Shown here piece after piece: positions 1 to 13,513 of a stretch of DNA of 64,000 bases. The stretch comes from a virus (Duplodnaviria > Caudoviricetes), in IMG/VR virus record IMGVR_UViG_3300026522_000022, positions 32,001 through 96,000 of that record; one strand, 5' to 3'. Below the pieces are notes generated by a model. It saw only the letters and a program-made list of their open reading frames with translations, was not told where the DNA came from and did no database searches. Positions within the stretch are counted from its first letter, which is position 1. Each line of letters opens with the position of its first letter. The translations under genes were made by a program, and so were the position numbers.

Positions 1-1
1 G

Positions 2-2290
2 TCTAACCTATCCAGCGCCATATCTGATGCAATGGATAACATGGAAGCATTAGGCGAAATCATGGATTCTGAGATTGAAAATCAATTAAATGGTATGGAT
101 GCTATTAATGATAAAATTGAACATCAACAGAATATGATAGAATTAATTTATGGTGACCAAGCATCTGCCGCACAGATTCAACTATTAAATCGTCAAGCAG
201 AAGTTGAAGAAAATAGAGTTGGTATTCTTGAAAAACAATTAGATATTCAAAAGCAAGCTACGGCGACTGCCAAAGAAATGTACGAAACTGACCTGGCCGC
301 ACATGGAGGAAAAGTAAATCAAGATTTATTAGAAAAATATCTTGATGCATTAGACCAAGAGCGAGATATTGATAATCAGATTCTTGAAACAAGAGAAAAA
401 ATTGCACAATCCTACAAAGATGCAAAAGAAGCCGCTAATGATTTAGCTGTAGATAACTGACTAACAAATTTCCAAGGACAGTTAAGTGATAATGGCCCCT
501 TCGTTCCTCTTGAATATATGGCTGACCAGTGAGAACGTATCCAAGAGAATGAAGAATTGTATCTTGATGATTTAAATAAAGCCTATGAAATTCAAAAACT
601 TTCAAACAAATATCAGGAGATGCTAAACGATGCAACTGATCCAAAGATTCAACAGCAAATCACCGACCAGATGCGGGAGCAGCTAGGATATTTGAATGAG
701 AAAACAAATCTTTCTAAGTATGACGTTGATTATGCTAATGCTCAACTTGAAATTTTACAAAAGACTATAGCTCTTGAGGATGCTAGAGCTGCAAAAAATC
801 AGATGAAGCTCCGCAGAGATAGCCAAGGTAACTATCAATATGTGTATGCGGCTGACCAAAATCAAACCGCAGAAGCAGAGAATGATTTGCTTGATGCTTC
901 GATGAACGCTTATAATATGAGCAAAGAGCAACAAGCAGATGTTCAAGATAGTTATATTAAAAAAGTTCAAGATATGGCAGACGCTCTCCGCAAAGCCGCC
1001 AACGATGCAACTTTAAATGAAGAGCAAATTGCAGCTATTACTCAAGATATCATTGATAAAGGCCACGAATATCTTGAAGCTATGGGCGAACAGCTAAATA
1101 CTTCTCAAAAGAATATGATTTCAAGTTTTATAGACGCCGCATTCCAGTTACAAGAGGAATATGCAAGTGGTGTCCGCAACATTGCAGAAGAACTTAAAGA
1201 AGATACTTCTCGTGGTCTGGATGATGTTGATGATAGGTTTGATACTTCTGTTAATAACTGAGTAGATGGCGAAACTGCAATTCGAGAACAGTCTAATAAA
1301 ACAAGAGAAAATATTATTAATAATATTAATAATTTTACCGATGCTGTTACAGAAGCTAATTTAGCTGTTGTTGACCCTCTTGGAGAGATACAGTCTGGTA
1401 TTGATGGTATTGATGACTCTATCGTGAAAATGAAAGATGATATGAGTGATTTATATAACACTTTAGACCAGCAGACAGGCGCTTTTGCGAATGCTGGAGC
1501 AGATGTAGAAGCATTGCAGGAAAAACTTACAGATGCAAACAATGCATTAAGTAAATACTCAACAGATTTGCAAGCAGCAAATGACAGAATTCAAGAATTA
1601 ACAACTGCAAATGAAGGATTAACAGCTCAATTAAATGGTGGAGGATCTGGCTCAGGAAGTGGTAGCACTGGAGGCACTGCCGCGAATGGAGGATTTGGTG
1701 GTAGTGGATATCAACAATCTGAATTAGCGGAAGGCGTTGCTGGAGCAATATGGACAATTGCAGGCGGCGGAGGATGAGGAGACAATCCAACTAGACATAA
1801 ATTAATGAGAGAAAAATTCGGTTCTTCTGCTGGTGATCAACTATTTGCTTCTGTCCAATCATTATTTAATAATGGATATGGTTATAATTATGGCGCTAAT
1901 AAAGGAAGTCAATATTATAGCAAATTCCAAGCAAGTAGTTTTGACACAGGTGGTTACACCGGTGAATGAGGTACTGATGGTCGCGTAGCCATGCTTCATC
2001 AAAAAGAACTTGTATTAAATGCTACTGATACTCAAAACATACTTGCGGCAGTCGATGCTGTTCGCGCGATAACAGAACAACTTAAAGGTTCTGCATTTAT
2101 TAATAATATTGGTTCTTCTATTGGAAAAGCCGCTCAAAACAATATTCAAGGTAATAGTATTGAACAAAGAGTTGAAATTACTGCGAATTTCCCGAATGTA
2201 AATTCTGCAGAAGAGATTGAACAAGCTTTATTGAATATTTCTGATAGGTCTTATCAATATGCATATAATAAAAATGATATACCTTGGTAG
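2..2290 (+). CDS. Tape-measure-like protein, C-terminal part (5' truncated by window); needs TGA=Trp
   Basis: ORFs 32, 557, 1424 and 1991 share one frame and are separated only by TGA. Long coiled-coil followed by FDTGGYTGE(W)GTDGRVAMLHQKELVLN, typical of tape-measure C-termini. Ends in TAG. Confidence 0.75.
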
Positions 2291-2357
2291 GGCAAATATA
2301 AATTAATCTTATATCAAAACTTTGAAATAATAAGAGTGAGATATAAGGACAAATATA

Positions 2358-2395
2358 CGGGGATAGTTAGTATATCTTACTATCCCCGTTATTTT
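2358..2395 (+). terminator. Stem-loop / probable intrinsic terminator
   Basis: acggggatagt...actatccccgt followed by T-rich sequence, in the intergenic gap. Confidence 0.55.
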
Positions 2396-2410
2396 ATTTT
2401 ATAAAGGAGA

Positions 2411-5400
2411 ATGCGGATGGCTACTACCGATATTCAGAATAGTGTGTATAAGACTATTGATGTAATAGTCAAAAAACGCATTGAAGATTTACATCTAGAT
2501 AAAACGATTGAATGTATCGTTGAGAATTGTGTTGATTTAGAAACTGGAAAATATAGAGTTAAATATGGCGCAGGATTTTTTGACGCATATTCTATTAATG
2601 GAGAAGTATATTTTCCTAATACTGCAATTTATGTTTTAGTTCCAGAAAATGACTTTAATAATAAGAAAACTATTATTGGTAAAGTTAGTTCTGGATTACC
2701 AACTTCTTCAAATGAAGAAACTGACTTATTATATACAGATTATAATATTATCGGAAAAAATATTCTTGTTCCTAAAACTAGTGACGAATATTTTAAAATA
2801 AATTCTACGTCTACTCAAGAATATCAAAAAATATTGTATGATATAAACACTCCAGAAGAAAATTTATTAACAATTGATACGAACAGTTTAAACGTCTATT
2901 TAAAAGAAACTCAAGCTTTTCGTCTTTCCGGCAAATTCAAAACTAATGCTAAAACTAAAACTGGTCGAGAAAGCTTTGGTCTAACTTTTACTTTTACTCA
3001 AAAAACTGCAAATACTAATTATAAAACCATGCAAGCGAGATGAGAAGCAGAAGCAGAACAAGCTAAGGCTTTTGTTGAAGTTGAAAAAGACAAAATCGAA
3101 GAAAGAACTTTACAATATTACTATAATATAGTAAAAAATAATGTTTTTAACAATATGGCAGATAAGTCAGTAATTGCTGTTCAGAATGAATTGTCTGAGA
3201 TTGTTTCTGAGTTACAATTATTTAAAACAGGAATCTCAAAAGAGAATAAAGATGGATTAGAATTAACTGATTTATATATTCAACTATTAAGTGAATTAGC
3301 TAATTATACTGTTAATGCTAATAATAATGCTGTAACTAAAGAGGATATAGTGAGTCAGTTTAATAGCTGGTTTACTGGGATTTCTTATGGATATGAGAAA
3401 AAAGTTGTTTCATATTCATTAACCAGTAATATAATGACTGGTAATCCTTATCATTATTCTAACGCAAATGGAAGTTATCAATATTTCTTTGTTGATATTG
3501 ATCCTGAAAAATTTGTTTCTCTAGACCAAATTTTATTTTATAGTGATTTTATTCGTGATGATTCTAACGCAGAAGAAGACTTATGAGTTAAAGATATATC
3601 TTTAGAATGTATTAAATATGTTACTAATACAAATGAAGATTATCGTTTATCTTTAAGTTATAGTGATATTTATTTCGATGAAAGTGCTAGTGATGATACA
3701 AAAATTACCGTTAGCGCAAAATTAATTTATCAAGATAATAATGATGTTACTCAATATTCTAGATTTTTGTGGTTTAAGAAGAACAGTAACATAAAATCAA
3801 CAGATTTGAAATATAATAACTATGGCGGAGAAGGTTGAGAGCATATAACAGATAATTTAAATACTGTTTTATATGACCGTTCTCCAAACCTAGATTTATA
3901 CGTTAAAGATAATAAAATTTATCGTAATCAATATAAAGTTGTTGCGATGTATGATTCTTCTCTTCCAATAGAACAAGAATTTACTATTTACAACGAAAAA
4001 CATAATCATGATATTGAGTTAACAGCTCCTTCTGGTCTATATTTTAGAAAAGAAGTAAATGGTGTTAAAGAAATTATTTGTAAAATAGATGGAAGCGACA
4101 CTCCGCCTTCAACTGACTATGTATTCAAATGGTTTGCTAACGATATTGAAATAAAACCTCAAGCAGAAATAAAAGCATGAAGAGATAAAATTTCAATAGA
4201 AAAAGATAAAAATGTAAAGAATAGAGAACAAGCAAAATTAAATTTAGTTGGAACAATATTATGAGATAAAGAAAAAACTCCTAATATTATTCAGGTGCCT
4301 AATATTATAGAATATTCTGAAATAGAAGGGCAAGTGACGATTACTTGTCAAATATTTGTATTAGATGAAAATAACCAAGAAAATGAATTTGATGTAATTA
4401 GCGTTATATTAAAGAATGAAGAATCTTTACCTGTTTATTTAAAAGCTAATTATGTTGAGATAGAAAATGGTGACCAAGTTTTCCAATATAACGAAATGGG
4501 CATATCACCCGCCAGTGCTAGGTACGAGAACCCGCAAGTGCCTAAACAATTAAGTTGTAAATTATATGATCCCGCTGGCGGTTATATTGATAGATTAAAA
4601 TATTATGAAGTTTCTTGGGAAGTTCCTATAGAAAATACTTTAATTAGAGTTGACAATAGTCTGTTACAGACTGGCCCTTCTGGTTTAAAAAATAAAGTCA
4701 TTGGAGAAGTTCTAAACTTTTCTATTGCAGATGAATATGATTATAATGCTACAAATAATCAAATTATTTGTGAAATAAAAATGTTGCAAGATGGACAGCC
4801 AGTACCCTATCGCCAATCAACGAATTTTTTCTTTGGAAAAATTGGTGAAGATGGGACAAATGGAACAGATGTAGTTGCTAAAATTAGCCCCATTAATATT
4901 AATGATACTTTAGCTAAAGAAGTATTAACTTTAAATATTGATAAAACAGATGCAGATAATATAAAAACAGAATGAAATAATGGAGTTGCTACAGATGTTA
5001 ATGTTAATAACCAAGATGGGATTTTGCAATTACAATTATTTAGAAACAATAATTTAATCGACCCAAGTGAATATAAACACGTTTCATGGTCTGTTTTAAA
5101 CAATGGTTTAACTTCTAAATATTGAGGAACACATACAATTTTAGAAAACAACTCAGCTCCAAAAGTTTCATTAGTTTACAAAGAAGAAAAAAGTCCAAGA
5201 GCGTATACAAATTATGTCATTAAAGGACAAGCCGATCTCAAAGTAAATAGTACAGAAGATGATTTTAAAGAAACTAAATATCAAACTTATTTTGGTTTCT
5301 ATCCTATTTGTACTATTACTCAATATGCGGCAGACCTTAAATATAATGTTGGTATTGATAAAGCTAGAACGCTTCGTCGTATCATGTATAACTCAGATGG

Positions 5401-8400
5401 ACGTTTCCCACAATACAATAAAAACTTAGGTGTTGGATTAACTTTTACAAATAAGGACAATAATTCTTCTAAGTATTTTGGTGATGACACTTCCCGCACA
5501 ATTGTATGGGAAGCTCGTGGTGGTATCATCCAAGGAGAATATCAAGAGAATAATCCTGCTTTTTCTATTGGAAGAACTAAAACTTGAGTTCCTTCTATTG
5601 AAGGTCAAGCTGAGGATAAGATTTTAGAATTAGAAGAGACAAAAAAGAATTCATTAATTGATCTTATAGCAAAACAAAAAGAAAATTGTATTTCTACCGA
5701 CATTCCAAATACATTAAATGATATAAAAACACAAATTAATAATCAAAAAACAGCAGCAAATGAAGAATTAGAAACATTAAAATCTGAAGTTAATACTCTT
5801 TGAGAAAATTTTAGAACGGCACAACAGAATAAGAAAAAAACAGCTTGAGATCTCCTAGAATCTTATTCTAATGATATAGATATAAAATCATATATTTATA
5901 AAGATGATCAAAAATATTTTGATGATGAAGATGAATTATCTTTTAAAGAATATGTTGATGATTATGTAGGAGCAATGCTAACAAATGATTCAATTAGACG
6001 TAATCCATCTGTTAATTCTTCAATGGTTTCTCCTAAAATTCTAACTTCAGATTGATTAAGTTTTTCTATAAAAGGTGTTTCAGAAGAAGTTGAATTAGCT
6101 TTTCAAAATTTAATTATTACAATTACTATTGGTTATAAAGCTAATTTAATTGTATATGATAGCACTAGTGATAGTGAGTCATTATTAAGTCAAATTAATG
6201 AGTTAGAAAAAGAATTAGAAAAAATAAATAAAGAATTAGATAATTATAATTCTATTACAGATACAGATATAGCAGGAGAGCCTGATTCTGAAGGCAAAAA
6301 TGCTAGAGCAGAAAAAATAAAAGCTATTATTTTTGAGAACGATACTGTTACTGATGAAGATGGTATTTCACAAGTATTATTTAATCTTATTTCACAACAA
6401 AAAGAAATTTATAATCAACAAATATTAGATGCTTCTGAAAAACTTGATTTTCAAATTAATTATTTGAAAAATGAGTTAGATAAAAATGCCGATCCAACAT
6501 TTTGTAGTATTCTTCCTAATGAAATTTATAATGGAGAATTTACTAATCAATATGTAAAAGCTAGTATATATAAAGATGAAACATTAGAATATGAAATTAT
6601 TATTCCAATTCATATATATTTAAACCTTTATGGCCTTGGATTATTAAATAGTTGAGACGGCAATGGCATTGAAATTAATGATGAGGGTGAATATATATTA
6701 GCTCCTCAAATTGGAGCAGGTCAAAAAAATAGTGATAATACTTTTACTGGACTCTTAATGGGTACTAAAAAAGAATCTGAGCAAAATGGTGTTATTGGTC
6801 TATTTGGATATAATCAAGGTAGACAGTCTATTGCTCTAAATTCTGAAACTGGCAGTGCAGTTTTTGGTTTACCAGAACAGCAAGGTTCATTAACGGATGG
6901 CCGCATTGAACTAATTCCAGGAGGAACAAGCAGTATTTCTCAATGAAAAGTTGATGCTCGTAGTTTGTATAATATTTTACCTAGCCAAGAAACAGATATG
7001 TTAAGGATAACCGAGGATGCTCATATTACAGAAGAGCCAACAGACGAAAGACTGCTTGGTCCTAGATATGAGGATGCCCCGCAATTTGCGCATGGGTCTA
7101 TTCCGCATGACAAACAGGGTATTTTGTTCAGTGCTCTGCCACCATATGTTTCATTTAAAGGTAGACAATTAAATGCGGGTGACCATGAACAGAAAAAAGT
7201 TAATTTCTTGAATTTAAATACTACTGCTAGAGAAGGCGATAGTTTTGAATTACAAATTGACCCCAATGATTCTAAGTTTTTTACTCTATATGAACACTCA
7301 TATAGATTAAAGTATGGTGAAGTTTTTTGCGACCAATGGAAAAATCTTAAGAAAAGAAGCTTATATGATTTCTCCGATACACAAATTGATGACATTAAAT
7401 CACAGATACAAGCCAATGACAAAACTAAAGGTTACGAGATAGCAGAAAATGATTATATTATTTGTCAAATATATTATACAAATAATGGTAGGCAACTTCA
7501 TGTTTTATCTCTATTAAAATTTACACCAGGAAATAAAGAATGAATATTAATTAACCCAGCGTATCAAGACGCAAAGACTTTATCGAACGAGTATGTCGTT
7601 GGAGAACTTTATCAATATGAAGATTGAAATAGTTCTTCAAAATCATCTGTGTGAAAATTTATTACTTTCACTGACGATACTCAAATTATTAAAGTTGATA
7701 AATTTAGTTTAAATGACACTGATGGTGGAAATGGTTTTGATACTTTAACTGTTAAAGAAGAAGATATTCAAAATAAAGTGTGAAGGCGTCATCGAAAAGC
7801 CGGCATAGATTCAACTGGTAAATTTACCGCAGAAAGTCTTGGCGTTGGTAGTTTAGGAATGGGCTTAGGAGATATTAAAGCATTTAATAATGCCTCTTAT
7901 TTCGTAGGAACGAGTCTTGAATCTGATAATTCGCCAATTATTCAATTTTTTGCTGATAAACAAGGTATAGATATACAAGATGGAGATACTGGGCCTGTTT
8001 ATATTTCTTCTAGTAAAGATTTAGGAACAGACGAAGGAAAAAGACCTATTCGCATATATGCTGGAGTTAAATCTTCTAATTATAATGAATCTGTATTTGG
8101 TAATGATACTTATAAATCAGGAATTTTTGTTGGAAAAAATTCTATTAAAGATCCAATTAAGAACATTGCTAAAATAGAATTATGGCAAACTAATAGTTCA
8201 AATGACGATAATATAGTATTATCTGCTCTTGGCAATGACACTAACCATCAAAGTGTTTTTACTTTAAGTTCTAATCAAGCTGGTGGTTTAAATCATACTA
8301 ATGATTGAACAACTACTATTGGTGGGACTTTAACGAAAACTATAACCGGAAATTGGGACCAAACAGCTAAAAATAAATTTAAATTAAATACTGTATTGGG

Positions 8401-9502
8401 TATTCGTGTTACCGCTTTAAATAATCGACTTAATATAAGCAGTGGATATGACGATGGTACTGTTGATTCTGGATTACAAGTAACTTATCAAACAACAAAT
8501 TCTACTAAATTAAATAATTTTATTTTAAATGAGAATAGTAAATTTGATGTATGTCGCACTATGCAATTTTTTACAAGAGGCAGATCAGGCAATGAACCAG
8601 GAAATGATGGAACTGGTATGCTTATGTCCGCAGAGAATACCAATGGAGGTATTCTTTTACGCACCACTGCTGCTGAACAATTTGATGGAAATTACAGCGG
8701 AATAGCTACCGCACCTGGAGTTGCTTCTTTGTTATTACGCCCAAGCGCAGGTAATAGCGATGCTCCTGGTGAATTTTATTTACAAGGTGGGCAAGCAACA
8801 AATGATCCAAATTCAAGATATAAAAATAACCTTACAAGAGTTTTTAGTTCTCATGAACAAACAAAAAGCGGTGGAGAAATAGTCCATCATTGAGATAAAG
8901 CTATGGTTATTATTGAGCCAAGATTAGATGTTAAAAGTGGTTCTACACCTGGTCCAATTGTTGCTGGATCATTAGAGCTTCAAAAACAAGGCACATCAAC
9001 TGGTGATATAAGTGCTGCTGGAAATGTAGGTGTTGCTGGAAATATAAATGCTGCTGGTAATATTCAAGCTACCGGTAAAGATAAATGAATTTGAGGAACA
9101 GCGCTATATGCCGGAGAAAAATCAGGTGATTGATATAAAGGAAAAATTTATGGCGACGGTTCTGAAATAAGTAATACTTGCAATGGCGGAGGCGCAACCC
9201 CTGGTGGGGGAGGAACTATAACATTAGGTTCTTCGGATGGAGTATCTATAACCATCCCAGAAATTTCTGTTGTTCACGGGAGACCCAGGTTTAGCACTGA
9301 TACAATAACTATAAGAGCGAGTGAACCCGATAGTGGAAAGTGAGCTACTCGAGAATGAGTAGGAGAAAACGCAGTTAGAAAAACAGAAGTCTGATCTGAG
9401 ACTACTTCATTCACATATAACGAACCAACAATGCAAGCAATATTAAATGACATTGCGGTCAAACTAGATTCGTTAAGAAATGCTTTAAATAGAGGTATAT
9501 AA
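2411..9502 (+). CDS. Giant (~2360 aa) tail/baseplate structural protein; many in-frame TGA=Trp
   Basis: Eleven track ORFs (2411 to 8903) lie in the same frame, the gaps checked contain only TGA, and the frame ends at TAA 9500-9502. AAGGAG RBS upstream; position directly after tape measure. Confidence 0.7.
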
Positions 9503-9517
9503 TAAGGAGATAAAAGG

Positions 9518-9757
9518 ATGAATTTACAACAACATTTAGAGATACAAGCATCCGCCCAGCAATGGGCGGATGACTTTATGTCACAATATAATATTACGGC
9601 AACTGAAATGGCGGATGCTTTAACTAAAGTTTTATTAAATTTAAAAGATAAAGTTATGGTTGAATATTTAGTTGATGTGTCCAAGAGACAACAAGAAATG
9701 TACGCGGCTGCCCAGCAAGAGCAGATGCAATCACAAGCCCCGCAAGAGGAGGAATAA
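9518..9757 (+). CDS. Hypothetical protein (79 aa)
   Basis: RBS upstream, TAA stop, coupled to next gene. Confidence 0.7.
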   Translation: MNLQQHLEIQASAQQWADDFMSQYNITATEMADALTKVLLNLKDKVMVEYLVDVSKRQQEMYAAAQQEQMQSQAPQEEE

Positions 9758-10093
9758 ATGGCAGAGCCGAAACAAGTAACGACTACTTCACAAGAGGGTC
9801 TTAACATTCCTCTTGTTATAAAAAGAATACAACAGACTGTTGTAACAAAAGATGAAAACGAAAATGAAAATGAAACTACTGTTTATGCTCCTTTTGGAGT
9901 AGATGCGAAAAATGTTGAACTATATCAAAATGAAAATTTATGGGGAAATCTACAAACCTTTTTTAATAACTGACTAAATTTTCAGACTGCCTGAGAAGAT
10001 TTTGTTAAAAATGGGCAGCATATTCAGTATGGTGAGCAAGAGCCAGTAAGTAAACAAGTCCGAGTATGATATGATACAACCGTAACACCGTAA
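9758..10093 (+). CDS. Hypothetical virion-region protein (111 aa, 3 TGA)
   Basis: GAGGAGG RBS; reads through three TGA to TAA at 10091. Confidence 0.7.
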
Positions 10094-10103
10094 GGAGGAT
10101 AAC

Positions 10104-13100
10104 ATGGCTGTAAGTGTTGTTAGTACATTATACCCTCCTTTAATTGAAACTTTTCAGCCCGCTTTTATTTATACCAATCCTGCCGTAGTTACTTTTTCTT
10201 TATCTCCTTTCAATGAAATTGAAAAAATTAAAAGGATTCATGTTTCTGTTGTAGACCAAAGAAACAATTCAAATGTTTTAAAAGGCTACATGGAACCTAC
10301 GCCCCAAGTTGTTAAAATTGACAATGAAGAAAAGGTTATCGGGTATTATTGTATCGTTAATGGAATTTTAATAGCAGATTTTCCTGAATTTAAAAGTGAG
10401 ACTATTGCAGAAGAGTTGGGACTATTTTATCATGACCCTATTAACGATATATATGCAATAAAACTAAACCCAGCTTGGCTGGATAGGGGTGAAGATAGTA
10501 AGAGTTCATACTGAAATAATAATCAATATTATCAAGTCCAAGTCCGTTTTGACAGTTCAGAACAATATGTAAATGGTATTAAACAAAATTTAAATTCTTA
10601 TAATAGTGCAGAGCTTGCGGGATACCTATTAGATAATAGGTCAAATTTTTCTGAGTGGTCTGATATTACTCTATTAAAGCCCATATTGAATCCTAAGATT
10701 ACTATAAATCAAATAGATAATATAGAGAATCCTGAAATTTCTAGAGGAAATTTTCGCATTACTGGGTCTATTGATTTTCAAGCTCCCACAAGTGAATTAA
10801 ACGGAGTAACTTATCCTGAGCAAGAACGACTTCAAGCTTATCGAATAGAAGTTATTTTTGCAGATAAAGAAATATATGATTCTGATTGAATATATGCAAA
10901 ACAGAATATTTTAAAATCAGAAAAAACAATGATTGACCATTTATTAAATACAGATAAGCTACCTGAAAATAGTGATTCAACTGTTGAATTAAAAATTTTT
11001 GGTCGCACTAATAATAGTTATGAATGACAAGAGTCTCGTTCACTTACTGTTGCGATGTTGCAGCCTGTTTTCTTAGATGATACAAGATGAAATTCTAAAG
11101 ACTCTGGTCTAGATAAAAATGATATTTTTGTGAATCAAGAAGATGGTGTTGCTCATATTCGTTTTAGTAGCTCTATCAACTCAACAAAGAAAACAGGAAC
11201 TATTACTCAGGGTATAATTTATATCAGACGGTCTTGTAGTAAAGATAATTTTAAAAACCAAGAATTAGTTTACAGATATATTTATAAACACAAAGGGCAA
11301 GATAATAATGTTACAATATCTTTTGATGATTTTACTATTTGCAGTTTATATCAATACAAATATTCTGTTCAGATGTGCATAATCCATGAGGAAGGTGAAT
11401 CTTGAAGTAATATAAAAGAGAGTAACAGAATTTATCCTGAATTTTATGATATGCTTTTTATGCGGCAGAACAAACAAATTGCTGTGCGATATAAGGGACA
11501 AGTTGCCTCCTGAAAACCAACAGTAAATAGACAAAAAATAGATACTTTAGGAGGCCGCTATCCTAAGTTTGTTGAAAATGCAAATATGAATTATAAAACA
11601 TATTCAATTTCTGGTTTAATTTCAGCAGAAGAAGATTTCAATCGAATGTTCTTAGATGAAACGACCGAAGAAAATAACACCGGAAAAGTAGTTGAGGATA
11701 GTTACTCTGAACCTGGCAACATTAGTAGGTATGAAGAAAGATTTGGTAATACTTATCAACTTCGTAATGACACGTATGCTGATGGAAATATAAAAAATCA
11801 TACAATAAATGTACCAGAAAAAGAAAAGGCTTTTGGAGCAAGCTTATATGCAAATACAGAATTTTCTGGTCAGTTGAATAATTGACATGATTCTTATCCA
11901 CACAATCATTGGTATTGAGAACGTGAATTTAGAGAAGAACTAGTAAAATGATTGAATGATGGAGAGCCTAAGTTATACCGTTCTATGCCAGAAGGCAACA
12001 TAGCAGTAATGTTAACTGACATAAATTTGACTCCTGAAAATCAGCTCGACCGCATGTTATATGACTTTTCCGCTACAATGTACGAAATTGCCGACGGATA
12101 TAACTTAGAAGATTTAAATGATTTAGGTATTATAGATATACCTACAACGTCTACTGTCTTTATTAATGGAGCTGATATTAGCAACGGTCTTTCTGAAGAA
12201 ACAGAAAGTGCAAACATTGGAGATAAGGTTTCAAATAAAATTGGTCAGATAAAATTAACAACAAAAGTTTTTTACGATAGAGATAATAAACGACAGACTG
12301 TTAATTTAATTAATGGTTCTTTAAATAATACTTCATATAATCCAAATAATCTTTGGGATAACATCACTATAATAGAACGATTAAAAGAGAAATATTTAAA
12401 CGATATTTCAAATGAAGTAGTTGATAATTCTGTTCAAATTACTAACGCGGATATACAATTTACGAGTCCTCCAAATTATTTTAATAGAAATGCTAATTCT
12501 AGGTTTGAAAAAGTAAATAATAAAACTAATTGATTGGGTTATGTATTTAATATTCAATTTAACAACAGTACTTCTCAACAAATCTTTGTTAATCAAAAAG
12601 GTTTTTACCATATCCCAGATACAACTTTAATTACAGGTATTAGTATGGATGTGGAGGGGCAAACTGCTCAAATGACATATGTATATGAGTACAGAACACG
12701 GGTGCCAGAAGAAACAAAATTTGTTCCAACCAGAATTTTAAAGCATATTATTGGGCAATATAGTGCCGATTATCCGCTACCATTAGGAACAGATATTATT
12801 TCGTTAATCAAAGAAAATCATAATAAAGTTAACTATGAGATTAGTTCTGTTACGACCGTTGTAAATTCAATAGAACTAGAAACCTGTTCTGGCTTACTAT
12901 TGGATTTAAGTCCTTATACTGTTTTAAAATACAATTATAAAAATGACAATGTTTCTTATCCATTATTAATAGGAGAAACAGGTGTTTTTAATGGCTTTGA
13001 AGATTGACCCATTGAATCTTTATTTATTTATGGTCGTCGTTTAACCAAAGCTAAAATTAAAAATAGTACAACATATCCTTACTTTATGGAAGATAGAGAA

Positions 13101-13511
13101 TATTATTTAGATAAATCTGTTGATACAGAAAAAATACAAAAATTAAAATGAAATTCAATAGATGCGGAAAGTATTTCCGATACTTTTAATATCCGAATTA
13201 ATGGTCAACAATACAACCTTAAAAAAGATATTCAATATATTCCAACAGAAGATAGCTATGGGTATATACATCCTCAACAAATATCTAATCCTAAATTTAA
13301 TACGATTTATCGTTTTACAAAAAAAGTAGAGAATAACACACCGACAGAATTCTATTATCAAATTCATTATATAGATGGAAATTGATATCCTGTTGTTTTT
13401 CTAGAAGATGATAGCGTATTAGCCGCAGTTCCCGTCTATGGCTTAATAAACTATCATGGGAATCTGTTGAGTAGAAAAACTAAAAGCAATAGTGATAAGG
13501 AGACGTCATAG
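10104..13511 (+). CDS. Large (~1135 aa) tail/baseplate structural protein; TGA=Trp
   Basis: AAGGAGG RBS; ORFs 10104, 10686, 11130, 11586, 11952 and 12534 in one frame joined through TGA; ends TAG. Confidence 0.7.
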
Positions 13512-13513
13512 CA

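Noticed and set aside
5798-5804. Second in-frame CTT TGA in the giant tail gene as another frameshift
   Set aside because: The context is CTT TGA G and frame 0 continues normally (L-W-E-N-F). It is useful as a control for the dnaE site.
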